From the NCBI GenBank assembly GCA_964424335.1, contig CAYRIY010000003.1, forward strand, positions 17,727-81,726: a stretch of DNA of 64,000 bases. The letters are read 5' to 3'. The number at the start of each line of letters is the position of its first letter. Within the stretch, counting starts at the first letter, position 1. Position numbers and translations under genes: made by a program. The DNA is from an uncultured Clostridia bacterium (lineage in GTDB: Bacteria > Bacillota > Limnochordia > DTU080 > RSA5). Positions 39,620 to 48,607 of this stretch are shown here, one piece after another. Below the pieces are notes generated by a model. It was not told the origin of the DNA. It searched no databases and saw nothing but the letters and a program-made list of their open reading frames with translations.

Positions 39620-40969
39620 ATGAAGCCACGGCAGCGCCGGCGGCTCATCGCCGCCGGTCTATTTTGTCTCATCGCGGCATTGGCCGCGCCCCAAGTCAAC
39701 GTTTTGCTCTCCTTTCCCGACCAGCTCCGAGTGTTCCCCGGTCAATCCTTTCACTTTGATGTGGGTCCCCTCTTCAGCGTGGCCACGATTCCGTGGGATG
39801 AGAAGGGGCCGGGAACCGAACCTTCGGGCAGCGACGATTCGAGTGCTGCAAATGATGCCCCGATCACACCCCAAGCGACCGATGAATACGGCGTCGAACT
39901 CCGTCTCCTTGGATTACTCCCCGTTCAGCGAGCGAAGGTCTCGGTCGTGCCCCAGATCGAAGTGGTGCCATCCGGACAGGCGGTCGGCATCCTGCTTAGT
40001 CAACAAGGCCTCATCGTCGTGCGCACCGTTCCGGTTTCGACTCGTTTCGGCGCCGAGGTGTCTCCCGCTCGCGACGCTGGAATACTTCCCGGAGACATTC
40101 TGATCAGCGCCGGTGGGACGCCGATTCATCATCCGCTCGACCTTCAAGGCCTAGCCGAGTATTACGGCCGGCGCAACCGACCTCTTAGCATAACACTGCT
40201 CAGAAAAGGGATCGAGGTGCAGACCCAGGTGATCCCTGCGCCGAGGGATGTTACGGGCCCAAGTGAGGCGGAGTACGCGCTCGGTCTGCAACTAAAGGAT
40301 CCGGCAGCAGGCGTGGGGACGCTCACGTTTTGGGATCCCGTGGGCGGGGCGTATGGAGCGCTCGGTCACATGGTCACGGAGGGGGGAGAGGCGCTGGCGC
40401 TCGGGGCCGGGCGCATCGTTCCGGCAGTGATTCACGGGATCCAGCCGGGCATGCGGGGACGCCCCGGTGAAAAGATCGGGCTTTTCGGAAGCGGCGCCTC
40501 GCTCGGCGTGATTGAGAAAAACACGGCATTTGGCATCTTCGGGCACCTCGATCAAGCGGCCATGGGTTTGTTGGTCAGCGCAGACCGAAAGGCCGTCCCT
40601 GTGGCCCTGGCGCACGAAGTCCGAACGGGAAAAGCCGAGATCCTAACGGTTGTGGAAGGCGACGAAGTGCGCTCCTTCGAGGTGGAGATCATCGAGGTCG
40701 AACGGCAATCCCGCCCCACGGGCAAAGGGCTCGTGATCGAAGTCACCGATCCTGAGCTCATTGCTCGCACCAACGGCATCGTCCAAGGCATGAGCGGCAG
40801 CCCCATCCTGCAGGACGGCAAACTCGTCGGTGCGATCACCCACGTCTTTATCAACAACCCTCGCCGCGGCTTCGGCGTGCTGGCGGAGTGGATGGTGTAT
40901 GAGGCGGGCCTGACCGAGTGGCGCGACGTGCAGCGCTCGCAAGCTACGATCACGGATCTCGCCGGATAA
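39620..40969 (+). CDS. spoIVB: SpoIVB peptidase (S55) with PDZ domain
   Basis: Signal/TM N-terminus, PDZ (GILPGDILISAGG), S55 catalytic region; classic recN-spoIVB-spo0A order. Confidence 0.85.
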   Translation: MKPRQRRRLIAAGLFCLIAALAAPQVNVLLSFPDQLRVFPGQSFHFDVGPLFSVATIPWDEKGPGTEPSGSDDSSAANDAPITPQATDEYGVELRLLGLLPVQRAKVSVVPQIEVVPSGQAVGILLSQQGLIVVRTVPVSTRFGAEVSPARDAGILPGDILISAGGTPIHHPLDLQGLAEYYGRRNRPLSITLLRKGIEVQTQVIPAPRDVTGPSEAEYALGLQLKDPAAGVGTLTFWDPVGGAYGALGHMVTEGGEALALGAGRIVPAVIHGIQPGMRGRPGEKIGLFGSGASLGVIEKNTAFGIFGHLDQAAMGLLVSADRKAVPVALAHEVRTGKAEILTVVEGDEVRSFEVEIIEVERQSRPTGKGLVIEVTDPELIARTNGIVQGMSGSPILQDGKLVGAITHVFINNPRRGFGVLAEWMVYEAGLTEWRDVQRSQATITDLAG

Positions 40970-41035
40970 CTATGCAGGATTGCCCATAGTCGTGAGCGAA
41001 AAACAACACGTTGCGCCAAACGGGGGTGGTTCATT

Positions 41036-41800
41036 TTGGCTGAAAAGGTCAGGATCTTGATTGCCGACGACAATAAGGAATTTTGCGAACTCGTGGGCCA
41101 GATGATCGACTCCCAAGATGACATGGTCTGCATCGGGTGCGTTCACGATGGGCAGTCTGCGGTGCTCGCCGCAAAGGAAATGGCGCCGGACCTCGTCATC
41201 CTGGACCACGTCATGCCGGTGCTTGACGGCATAGGCGTGCTCGAATCGGTGCGCGCCTTCGAAGATCGCCCCCGCATCTTGATGCTCACGGCGTTTGGCC
41301 AAGAGCACTTGATCCAGCGCGCCGCCGAACTCGGCGTCGACTATTACTTGATGAAACCGTTCGACTTTCCCACATTGATCCAGCGCATTCGTCAAATATG
41401 CAACCCAAGCATCGCTCGCACGACCTTCCAAGATGAGAAGCGGCGACAGCAAATCGAAAAGCAGGTCGCCCAGTTGCTCTCGGCGCTCGGCGTGCCGCCA
41501 CATTTCAAAGGGTATACGTACCTGCGGGATGCCATCACATCGGTCGTCCTCGACCCCGATCTTCTGGGCGCGGTCACCACCGAGCTCTATCCGCAAGTCG
41601 CCAAGCAGCGCAACACCACGTCGACCAAAGTTGAGCGCGCCATCCGGCATGCGATCGAATCGACCTGGATGAGGGGCAACTTACAGTTTATCGACGAGCT
41701 CTTTGCCCACACGGTCGACGCAGACAAAGGAAAGCCTACCAACTCTTCGTTTATCGCTCGGCTCGCGGACCACGTGCGCCTCGAGCTGGTCGCGAGTTAG
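41036..41800 (+). CDS. spo0A: sporulation master regulator Spo0A
   Basis: Receiver domain (IADDN...DLVILD.VMP) and the Spo0A-specific C-terminal DNA-binding domain (PHFKGYTYLRDAI, ERAIRHAIE). Confidence 0.95.
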   Translation: MAEKVRILIADDNKEFCELVGQMIDSQDDMVCIGCVHDGQSAVLAAKEMAPDLVILDHVMPVLDGIGVLESVRAFEDRPRILMLTAFGQEHLIQRAAELGVDYYLMKPFDFPTLIQRIRQICNPSIARTTFQDEKRRQQIEKQVAQLLSALGVPPHFKGYTYLRDAITSVVLDPDLLGAVTTELYPQVAKQRNTTSTKVERAIRHAIESTWMRGNLQFIDELFAHTVDADKGKPTNSSFIARLADHVRLELVAS

Positions 41801-41862
41801 ACCAACACCTTCAGGAAGCTTTTAATCCCAGGATAGCCCGGCGAATCGAGGAGCGATACTAA

Positions 41863-41893
41863 AGGAAGAGGCAAGCAGCCTCTTCCTTTTTGT
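41863..41893 (+). terminator. rho-independent terminator after spo0A
   Basis: AGGAAGAGGC-AAGCA-GCCTCTTCCT followed by TTTTGT. Confidence 0.7.
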
Positions 41894-41914
41894 CGGTTAG
41901 GGGGGCATTCCGCC

Positions 41915-43030
41915 TTGCGTGGCAGTGTGAGGTTGGGCCGCAAGACCAAAGACCTCGTCGCCGCTCTCGCCCCGGGAGAGATCGCCGTCATCGCGCACGA
42001 GGATCTCGACGAGTTGGCAGCTCGGGGACTGATCGGCGCCAAAGTACAGGCGGTGATCAACGCGCGGCGTTCGATAAGCGGGCGATATCCCAACCCCGGT
42101 CCGCTCCTGCTTGCCCAGGCCTCGATTCCGATCGTCGACGCGGTAGGCGACGAGCTCTTTGAGCTGTTGCATGACGGAGACGTGGTCGAAATCGTCGACG
42201 GCCGGATCGTTCGGGACGAGACGCCGATTGCGAAGGGCGAAGTCCTCACCAAAAATGCGATCGACGAGCTCATGCGGCAGGCCAAGGCAAATGTAGTCAA
42301 AGAGATCGAGCGGTTCGTCGAAAACACGATCGAGTACGCGGAACGAGAGAAAGAGCTCGTGCTCGGCGCCGTCAGCTTCCCGCTGCTCAAGACAAGGATC
42401 GAGGATCGGCCGGTGCTTATTGTCGTGCGCGGGCGCGGATACAAAGACGACCTCGCGGCCATCGGATCGTACATCGAGGAGATCAAACCGGCGCTGATCG
42501 GCGTCGACGGGGGGGCGGACGCCCTCATGGAGGCGGGTTACCGTCCGGACATCGTGATCGGCGACATGGACAGCGTCAGCGATCGCGCCTTGCGGGCGGC
42601 TGTCGAACTCGTGGTCCACGCTTATCCGGACGGAAGGGCTCCGGGCCTTGAGCGGATCGAGCGTTTGGGCCTGGGGGCACATGTCGTGCCCTCGATCGGA
42701 ACGAGTGAGGATGTCGCCTTGTTGATGGCGTACGAGCTTGGGGCAAACGTGATCGTGGCGGTGGGAACCCATTCCAACATCGTCGACTTTCTCGAAAAAG
42801 GGCGCGCCGGCATGGCGAGCACCTTTCTCGTAAGGTTGAAAGTGGGAAGCATTCTTGTCGATGCAAAAGGACTTAGTCAGGTGTACAAAGGCAGGCCGCG
42901 GGGAAAATACCCTATGCTGGTCCTCCTTGCAGCGCTTGCGCCGACGCTCGTGGTCGCGAGTTTGAGCGAGCCGGTAGGACGGTGGATTCGCATGTTTGTG
43001 CTCTATCTCCGCCTTTCGCTTAACTTTTGA
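41915..43030 (+). CDS. steA: SteA-like protein (putative cytokinetic-ring protein; TPK-like domain)
   Basis: 371 aa; thiamin-pyrophosphokinase-like core (ALIGVDGGADALMEAG..PDIVIGDMDS); resembles mycobacterial Rv1697-type proteins encoded after recN; starts a 4-gene overlapping operon. Confidence 0.65.
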   Translation: MRGSVRLGRKTKDLVAALAPGEIAVIAHEDLDELAARGLIGAKVQAVINARRSISGRYPNPGPLLLAQASIPIVDAVGDELFELLHDGDVVEIVDGRIVRDETPIAKGEVLTKNAIDELMRQAKANVVKEIERFVENTIEYAEREKELVLGAVSFPLLKTRIEDRPVLIVVRGRGYKDDLAAIGSYIEEIKPALIGVDGGADALMEAGYRPDIVIGDMDSVSDRALRAAVELVVHAYPDGRAPGLERIERLGLGAHVVPSIGTSEDVALLMAYELGANVIVAVGTHSNIVDFLEKGRAGMASTFLVRLKVGSILVDAKGLSQVYKGRPRGKYPMLVLLAALAPTLVVASLSEPVGRWIRMFVLYLRLSLNF

Positions 43031-43887
43031 TGACGGAAAGGTGGTCTCTCGTGGTCGTCGACATTCGCTACCATCTGGCCTCGATCGTCGCCGTCTTTCT
43101 CGCACTTGGACTCGGGATCCTGGTCGGGGCAGCCCTCTCAGGCGGCGAAGGGCTCGAACAACAGGAGCGCTGGCTTGCAGCACTTGAGAGCGAGCTCCAA
43201 TCGTTGCGAGAGACCGGGGAGCGAAACGCGTCCCTGCTTCGCCAGACCGGCGCTGAACGCGACCGCTACAAGGCGTTTGCCGCCGAGCTAAGCGAGGTTG
43301 TCATGCGCGGCGTCCTCGACGGAGAGCGCGCCGCGCTCGTCGTATTGGGGGCCGATACGGCGTCTGCCGCACGCGTCGAAGACATCCTCCGCCAAGGCGG
43401 AGCCCAAGTCGTCCGAAAGGCCTCCGTCGCACTTTCTTGGACCGAGGCCGACCTCGTCCGATTGCTCGCGCCCCCCGAAGGGCGCGCCGCAGAAAACGCA
43501 GGTCTTGCGCTTGCCGCTGCCTTGATCGGCCAGCCGGCGTCCGGTTTTACGTCCGTCGAGTCTCCTGCGATCACCTTTCAGGCGCTATCGAGCGAGCAGC
43601 CCACCATCGCCGCGCTCGTCCTTGGCGGGCATCCTGACCGCTTTCGAGAGATCGCCGCTTCATTGGCGGCAGCCCTCAAGACCCAAGGAATACGGACGGC
43701 AGCCGTTGTCTTGGACGAGGACGCGTGGAATCCGACGCTCGGCCAGTGGGACGTCCCCTACGTCGCCCACTTTGGCACGCCGATGGGCGACTTGAGCCTC
43801 GTCGTCTTGCTTGGCGGCGCGGGCGGGTCGGGCGGATTTGGCCTTGGAGACGGTCGGGCGCTTTGGCCTGCCCAGGATTTTCGATGA
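43027..43887 (+). CDS. steB: SteB/MctB-family membrane-anchored protein
   Basis: N-terminus VVDIRYHLASIVAVFLALGLGILVGAAL matches the MctB/SteB signature, followed by a coiled-coil; start overlaps the steA stop. Confidence 0.6.
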   Translation: MMTERWSLVVVDIRYHLASIVAVFLALGLGILVGAALSGGEGLEQQERWLAALESELQSLRETGERNASLLRQTGAERDRYKAFAAELSEVVMRGVLDGERAALVVLGADTASAARVEDILRQGGAQVVRKASVALSWTEADLVRLLAPPEGRAAENAGLALAAALIGQPASGFTSVESPAITFQALSSEQPTIAALVLGGHPDRFREIAASLAAALKTQGIRTAAVVLDEDAWNPTLGQWDVPYVAHFGTPMGDLSLVVLLGGAGGSGGFGLGDGRALWPAQDFR

Positions 43888-44564
43888 CGGCGACCGCGAT
43901 CGTTCCGGCTTACAACGAAGAGGGAAGCGTGGGGCCGACGGTGCGCGCGCTATTGAACTCGGGCGCGGTCGAGCGGGTCGTTGTCATCGATGACGGGTCG
44001 GTGGACGGGACAAGCGTCGAAGCTAGGCGGGAAGGGGCGGAAGTGATCGCGCTCGGCCGAAACAGCGGGAAGGGTGTAGCGCTAAACGAGGGCCTTGGGG
44101 CGGTGGAGGCGGCGATCTATCTGCTGGCCGATGCAGACTTAAAAGAAAGCGCGGGCCGGCTCGCCGCGCTTGTCGATGCGGTCCGCCGCGATGGCGCAGA
44201 TTTAGCGATCGCCCAGTTCGATACTACAGGCGGGTTTGGGGTCGCCAAAAAGATTGCTCGCTACGGGATTCGCCACTTGACGCGCCGTGACATGAAGAGC
44301 CCACTTTCGGGCCAACGGGCCTTGTCCAAGCGAGCATTGGATGCGGTCATGCCGTTTCCGCACGGGTGGGGCGTGGAGGTGGCGATGACGGTGCGAGCGC
44401 TGTGGAATGGGCTCTCCGTCGTGGAGGTGCCTGTGGCGCTCGAACATAGAGTGACGGGCCGCGACGTCGCCGGATTTATGCACCGGGGCAGGCAGTGCGC
44501 CGCGGTCGCCTTGACCCTCTGGCGGTTAAATTCCCGCAAGGAGCGGCGACGCGCACGTGGATGA
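43884..44564 (+). CDS. family 2 glycosyltransferase (polyprenyl-phosphate hexosyltransferase-like, 226 aa)
   Basis: GT-A fold motifs IVPAYNEE, VIDDGS.DGT, DAD; ATGA overlap with the steB stop. Confidence 0.75.
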   Translation: MTATAIVPAYNEEGSVGPTVRALLNSGAVERVVVIDDGSVDGTSVEARREGAEVIALGRNSGKGVALNEGLGAVEAAIYLLADADLKESAGRLAALVDAVRRDGADLAIAQFDTTGGFGVAKKIARYGIRHLTRRDMKSPLSGQRALSKRALDAVMPFPHGWGVEVAMTVRALWNGLSVVEVPVALEHRVTGRDVAGFMHRGRQCAAVALTLWRLNSRKERRRARG

Positions 44565-45396
44565 GTTTGGGGTCGTCGTCGTGCTTTTCTTGATATCAGG
44601 ACTTTCTTATGTGATCGCACTGATCCTCGTCAAACCCGCCTGCGGTCTCCTTGCACGCGGAGGACTGCGAGCCAAAAACTTCAGGCACGTCTTTATACCG
44701 ACCGGCGTCGGAATCGTATTGCCGCTGGCGTCGCTCGTTCCGATCGGGATTTTCGGGTCGCCTCCGCAGTCGTCCCTTTGGCTTTTTATCCTGTTTGGCG
44801 TCGCTATGTTGGGGCTTGTCGACGATGTTGCGGGAAAGGGGGAGCACGGCGGTTTCACGAGCCATCTGCGTGCGCTTAGGCGCGGCACGCTGACGACGGG
44901 CTCGGTGAAGGCGCTCTTTGGAGGTGGGGTAGCCCTCTATGCAGGCTGGATGCTCCACGGCAGTGCACTTCCGGCCGCGCTTGCCGGTGGCGTCATCGCT
45001 TTGTCGACCAACGCCGTCAACCTACTTGACCTACGGCCAGGGCGCGCCATCAAGGGGGCGATGCTCCTCTCGGTCGCCGGCTTGATCGCTCTAACCTTTG
45101 CGGGTTCGCCCGTGGCGGAGGCGTGGCAAAGCGCGCTGCTCGCCGCCGCTCCCCTCGGGGCGGGCGTCGCTTTGCTTTGGGGCGACCTCAGGGCTCGTTT
45201 CATGATCGGCGATACGGGCGCAAACACACTCGGGATCAGCGCTGGTATGATATTGGCATTGCTCCCTTACTTCCTCCAGGGCGTGGCGCTCCTTGTTCTC
45301 GTATTGATTCACGCAATATCGGAGCGACGGTCCCTCTCCTCGTTGATCGAAACGACGCCTATTCTCAAGTGGCTCGACGACTTGGGCAGGGGATAG
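44557..45396 (+). CDS. MraY/WecA-family (PF00953-like) polyprenyl-phosphate sugar-phosphate transferase homolog, divergent
   Basis: Multi-TM; LVDDVAG (DDxxD-like), NAVNLLDLRPGRA in place of NAxNxxDGxDGL, MIGDTGANTLG (like FMGDxGS); start overlaps the GT2 stop. Confidence 0.6.
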   Translation: MDEFGVVVVLFLISGLSYVIALILVKPACGLLARGGLRAKNFRHVFIPTGVGIVLPLASLVPIGIFGSPPQSSLWLFILFGVAMLGLVDDVAGKGEHGGFTSHLRALRRGTLTTGSVKALFGGGVALYAGWMLHGSALPAALAGGVIALSTNAVNLLDLRPGRAIKGAMLLSVAGLIALTFAGSPVAEAWQSALLAAAPLGAGVALLWGDLRARFMIGDTGANTLGISAGMILALLPYFLQGVALLVLVLIHAISERRSLSSLIETTPILKWLDDLGRG

Positions 45397-45459
45397 TCGT
45401 CCGGCAAACCCACACTTGGGCAGGGACCGGCCCTCATACCCAGAATCCCTTTCGGAAGT

Positions 45460-47604
45460 ATGCCGACCAACGACCAAGTTAGCGAATACTTCGGACCGTC
45501 CGGTTCCCTATCCCAGATCTTGCCCGGCTTTGAGCACCGGCGCGAACAAGTCGAGTTGGCGCTCGGCATCGAGCGCGCCCTTCGCAGGGGCGAGGTCGGC
45601 TTTTTCGAGGCGGGCACGGGAACAGGAAAATCGTTCGCCTACCTCATTCCAGCGGCCCGTTATGCGATCGAGCGCGAGCGACCCGTGGTCGTCTCTACGT
45701 ACACGATCTCCCTTCAAGAGCAGCTCATTCATAAAGACATTCCCGTCATCAAGCGGATCTTTCCAGAACTCAAGACCGTCCTGGTCAAGGGTTGGTCGAA
45801 CTATATCTGCAGGCTCCGTCTGGACGCGGCCCTACGGGCGCCTGGCGAGTTAATCGATCTATCGATCGGCGACTCGCTCCTTCGGATTGCGGCGTGGGCG
45901 GAGAAGACGACCGATGGAACCCGCTCGGACCTGCCGTTTCGCCCTTCTCCATCCCTGTGGGACGAAGTGTGCGCTGAAAGCGACAGTTGTCTCAAGACTG
46001 CGTGCCCTCATTACTCCGGCTGTCCGCTCTTTAGAGATCGCAGCGCAATGATCGGCGCGCATCTTTTGATCGTCAACCACCACCTGCTCTTTGCCGACCT
46101 CTCGGTCCGAAGAGAACTGGGGTGGGAGACGGAGCAGGCGGTGCTTCCAAGCTACGATGCCGTCATCGTGGACGAGGCCCATCACGTCGAAGACGTTGCG
46201 AGCGAGTACATGGGGTACGGGCTCTCGAGCGTCGGGGTGGCGCAGCTCTTTGGTCGCTTGCTGCGAAGCCGCCAAGGACGACAGTTCGGCCTGCTCCCGA
46301 TGATCGAGGGGGCACTTTCTCAAAGAATCGGCGAGGAAGAGTGCGAGGAGGCCCTGGTTCAGCTCCGCACCGAGACTGCCGGCGCGTTTCAGCGCGCCCA
46401 AGTAGCCGTCGGGAAATTCTTGGACAGCGTAAAGAGTTACACCCTCAGCGAGCGCGAGACGGGCAATGAGGTCGAGCCCGTTCGAATCGAGCCCAGGATG
46501 GAAGCGCATTGGCTAGAGCGTGTGGGGCCTGCGGCCGAAGAGGCGTCTGAACTCGTGGACCGACTCGCAAGCCACATTCAGCGTTTTCGGAAAGTGCTTT
46601 ATGAAGGGGAAGAGGGCCGAGATCCCGCCTTGCTTTCCCGCATCGACGCGATGCGAAGGCGGCTCTCAAATCTCTCGCGAGCGCTCGGCCAGTTTACGGC
46701 TTTGGACTTTGAAAATCTCGTCTATTGGATCGAACACACCTCGAAGGCCAGGGAGAACACGCGCCTTGTGAGCGCTCCGATCGACGTCGGTCCCTATGTG
46801 CTCGAGTGGGTCGAACGCCAATGCGACACCCTCGTCCTCACCTCCGCGACCTTGGCCGTGCACGGGTCGTTCGAATACACTCGAAAGCGTCTTGGGCTTT
46901 CGGGCTCGGTTGAGATCGCTGGGAGACTCGGGGTTAGAGAGCAAATGATCGACTCACCTTTTGACTACGAAGGCCAAGTGGTCCTGGGGGCGATCGACGA
47001 CCTGCCCGAACCCAACACACACGCCTACCGACAGGCGCTGCCGGAGGCGTTGTTTCAGCTCGTCACGGCGAGTGAAGGACGAGCGCTCGTGTTGTTCACT
47101 TCATACGCGCTCCTTGCGTCCGTCGACCGCGATTTGCGCGACCGCCTCGAAGCGATGGACTACGCGCTGCTCTCGCAAGGTCAGGCGCCCCGCTCACACA
47201 TCCTGGAGCGCTTCAAGGCGGGAGGGCGCTCCGTCTTGCTGGGCACCGATAGCTTTTGGGAAGGGGTCGACGTCCCGGGAGAGGCTTTGTCGATGGTCGT
47301 CGTGACGCGCCTACCCTTTGACGTTCCCACCGACCCGCTCGCCGCTGCCAGGGCCGAGCGCATTCGCGCCATGGGTGGATCGCCCTTCGTCGAATACTCA
47401 CTGCCGCGCGCCGCCTTAAAGCTCAAGCAAGGATTTGGTCGACTCATCCGCACCCAGAGCGATCGGGGCGCCGTCATTCTCTGCGACCGCAGAATCACAA
47501 CGAAGCGATACGGCAAGTACTTCCTCGATGCACTGCCTCCGTGCCGGGTCGTGACGGGAAACGCCCGCGACGTAGCGCTCGAAGTAAAGCGCTTCCTCTC
47601 GTAA
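45460..47604 (+). CDS. dinG: DinG-like ATP-dependent DNA helicase (Rad3/XPD family, helicase only)
   Basis: Walker A AGTGTGKS, DEAH box VIVDEAHH, Fe-S cysteine cluster (CAESDSCLKTACPHYSGC); no N-terminal exonuclease domain. Confidence 0.85.
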   Translation: MPTNDQVSEYFGPSGSLSQILPGFEHRREQVELALGIERALRRGEVGFFEAGTGTGKSFAYLIPAARYAIERERPVVVSTYTISLQEQLIHKDIPVIKRIFPELKTVLVKGWSNYICRLRLDAALRAPGELIDLSIGDSLLRIAAWAEKTTDGTRSDLPFRPSPSLWDEVCAESDSCLKTACPHYSGCPLFRDRSAMIGAHLLIVNHHLLFADLSVRRELGWETEQAVLPSYDAVIVDEAHHVEDVASEYMGYGLSSVGVAQLFGRLLRSRQGRQFGLLPMIEGALSQRIGEEECEEALVQLRTETAGAFQRAQVAVGKFLDSVKSYTLSERETGNEVEPVRIEPRMEAHWLERVGPAAEEASELVDRLASHIQRFRKVLYEGEEGRDPALLSRIDAMRRRLSNLSRALGQFTALDFENLVYWIEHTSKARENTRLVSAPIDVGPYVLEWVERQCDTLVLTSATLAVHGSFEYTRKRLGLSGSVEIAGRLGVREQMIDSPFDYEGQVVLGAIDDLPEPNTHAYRQALPEALFQLVTASEGRALVLFTSYALLASVDRDLRDRLEAMDYALLSQGQAPRSHILERFKAGGRSVLLGTDSFWEGVDVPGEALSMVVVTRLPFDVPTDPLAAARAERIRAMGGSPFVEYSLPRAALKLKQGFGRLIRTQSDRGAVILCDRRITTKRYGKYFLDALPPCRVVTGNARDVALEVKRFLS

Positions 47605-47648
47605 AGCATACCTCTACGAACGTCTACATAGATTTCATCGACGGCCAA

Positions 47649-47771
47649 TCGGATTTTATAAGAAGTCACCCACTTGGCCGCCCGACTTTGTCGGTCCGGC
47701 CCAGCCACGAGCGGATGAAAATCCGCGGGTCGGCAAGTGGGGACACATGCTGGACCGATTTTCAAGAGGAG
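47649..47771 (+). promoter_or_regulatory. copy B of the 123-nt paralogous leader element ending in the deacetylase SD
   Basis: Ungapped alignment to 26546..26668; a GCATA-16-CATAGAT forespore-sigma-like promoter lies just upstream (47606..47633). Confidence 0.7.
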
Positions 47772-47779
47772 GTGGGGGC

Positions 47780-48607
47780 GTGTTCGTCGTCTTTCGCATG
47801 CGGAGGATCTTCCTTGCACTTGGGATTGTCGCCGCCGTCGCGCTCTTTGGCCATTACGCCGCCCGTCCACTCGCCCAAGCCGTGGCGACGGCGGTCTCCG
47901 AGCGGAAAGTTCCGATCTACAAAGTCGCCCGTGACGACAACAAGGTCTCCATTTCCCTCGATGCAACGTGGGGCGTGGAGCAGACCGACGAACTCCTCGA
48001 CATCCTCGACCGCCACGGCGTGAAAACGACCTTCTTTCTCGCTGGTTACTGGGTGGAAAAACATCCCGACTACGTGAAAAAGATAGCCGACCGCGGGCAT
48101 GAAATCGGAAATCACTCGTACGAACATCCCCACATGAACGCCCTGACGCGGGAGAAAATCGTGGCGGACCTCAAGCGAAATCACGATCTGTTGAAAGAGA
48201 TCACGGGGCAGGACGCGTTCTTGTTTCGGCCGCCGTTTGGCGAGTACAGCAACAAAGTGATCGAGGCGGCCAGTGAGCTTGGTTACTTTACGATCCAGTG
48301 GTCGATCGACTCGCTCGACTGGAAAGACGTGAGCGCAGACTTCATGGTCAACCGTGTGCTCAGTAACGTCGGCCCGGGAGACATCATCCTTTTTCACAAC
48401 GCAGGCAAGCATACGCCCAAGGCGATCGATGTCTTGCTCGCCCAGCTCAAGTCCCGCGGCTTTGACGTGGTTCCGATCTCCGAATTGATCTACCGAGATC
48501 ATTACCTCATCGAAAGTCACTCCGGAGTCCAGCGAAGACAAGAGCCGCCGCCCGGAGCGAGCGATGATGGGACTCCGCCCGCTCAAAACAGAGGGGATGA
48601 AACGTGA
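47780..48607 (+). CDS. polysaccharide deacetylase (NodB domain, PdaA-like)
   Basis: N-terminal TM plus NodB motifs (SLDATWG, HEIGNHSYEHPH, LFRPPFGEY, IILFH); GTG 7 nt after AAGAGGAGG (ORF opens at ATG 47747 inside the element). Confidence 0.8.
   Translation: MFVVFRMRRIFLALGIVAAVALFGHYAARPLAQAVATAVSERKVPIYKVARDDNKVSISLDATWGVEQTDELLDILDRHGVKTTFFLAGYWVEKHPDYVKKIADRGHEIGNHSYEHPHMNALTREKIVADLKRNHDLLKEITGQDAFLFRPPFGEYSNKVIEAASELGYFTIQWSIDSLDWKDVSADFMVNRVLSNVGPGDIILFHNAGKHTPKAIDVLLAQLKSRGFDVVPISELIYRDHYLIESHSGVQRRQEPPPGASDDGTPPAQNRGDET

Noticed and set aside
40970-41035. Spo0A boxes (TGTCGAA) or sigma-H promoter upstream of spo0A
   Set aside because: No 0A-box or recognisable sigma-H or sigma-A hexamers in the 66-nt gap. 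The spo0A promoters probably lie inside the 3' end of spoIVB and cannot be assigned confidently by eye.
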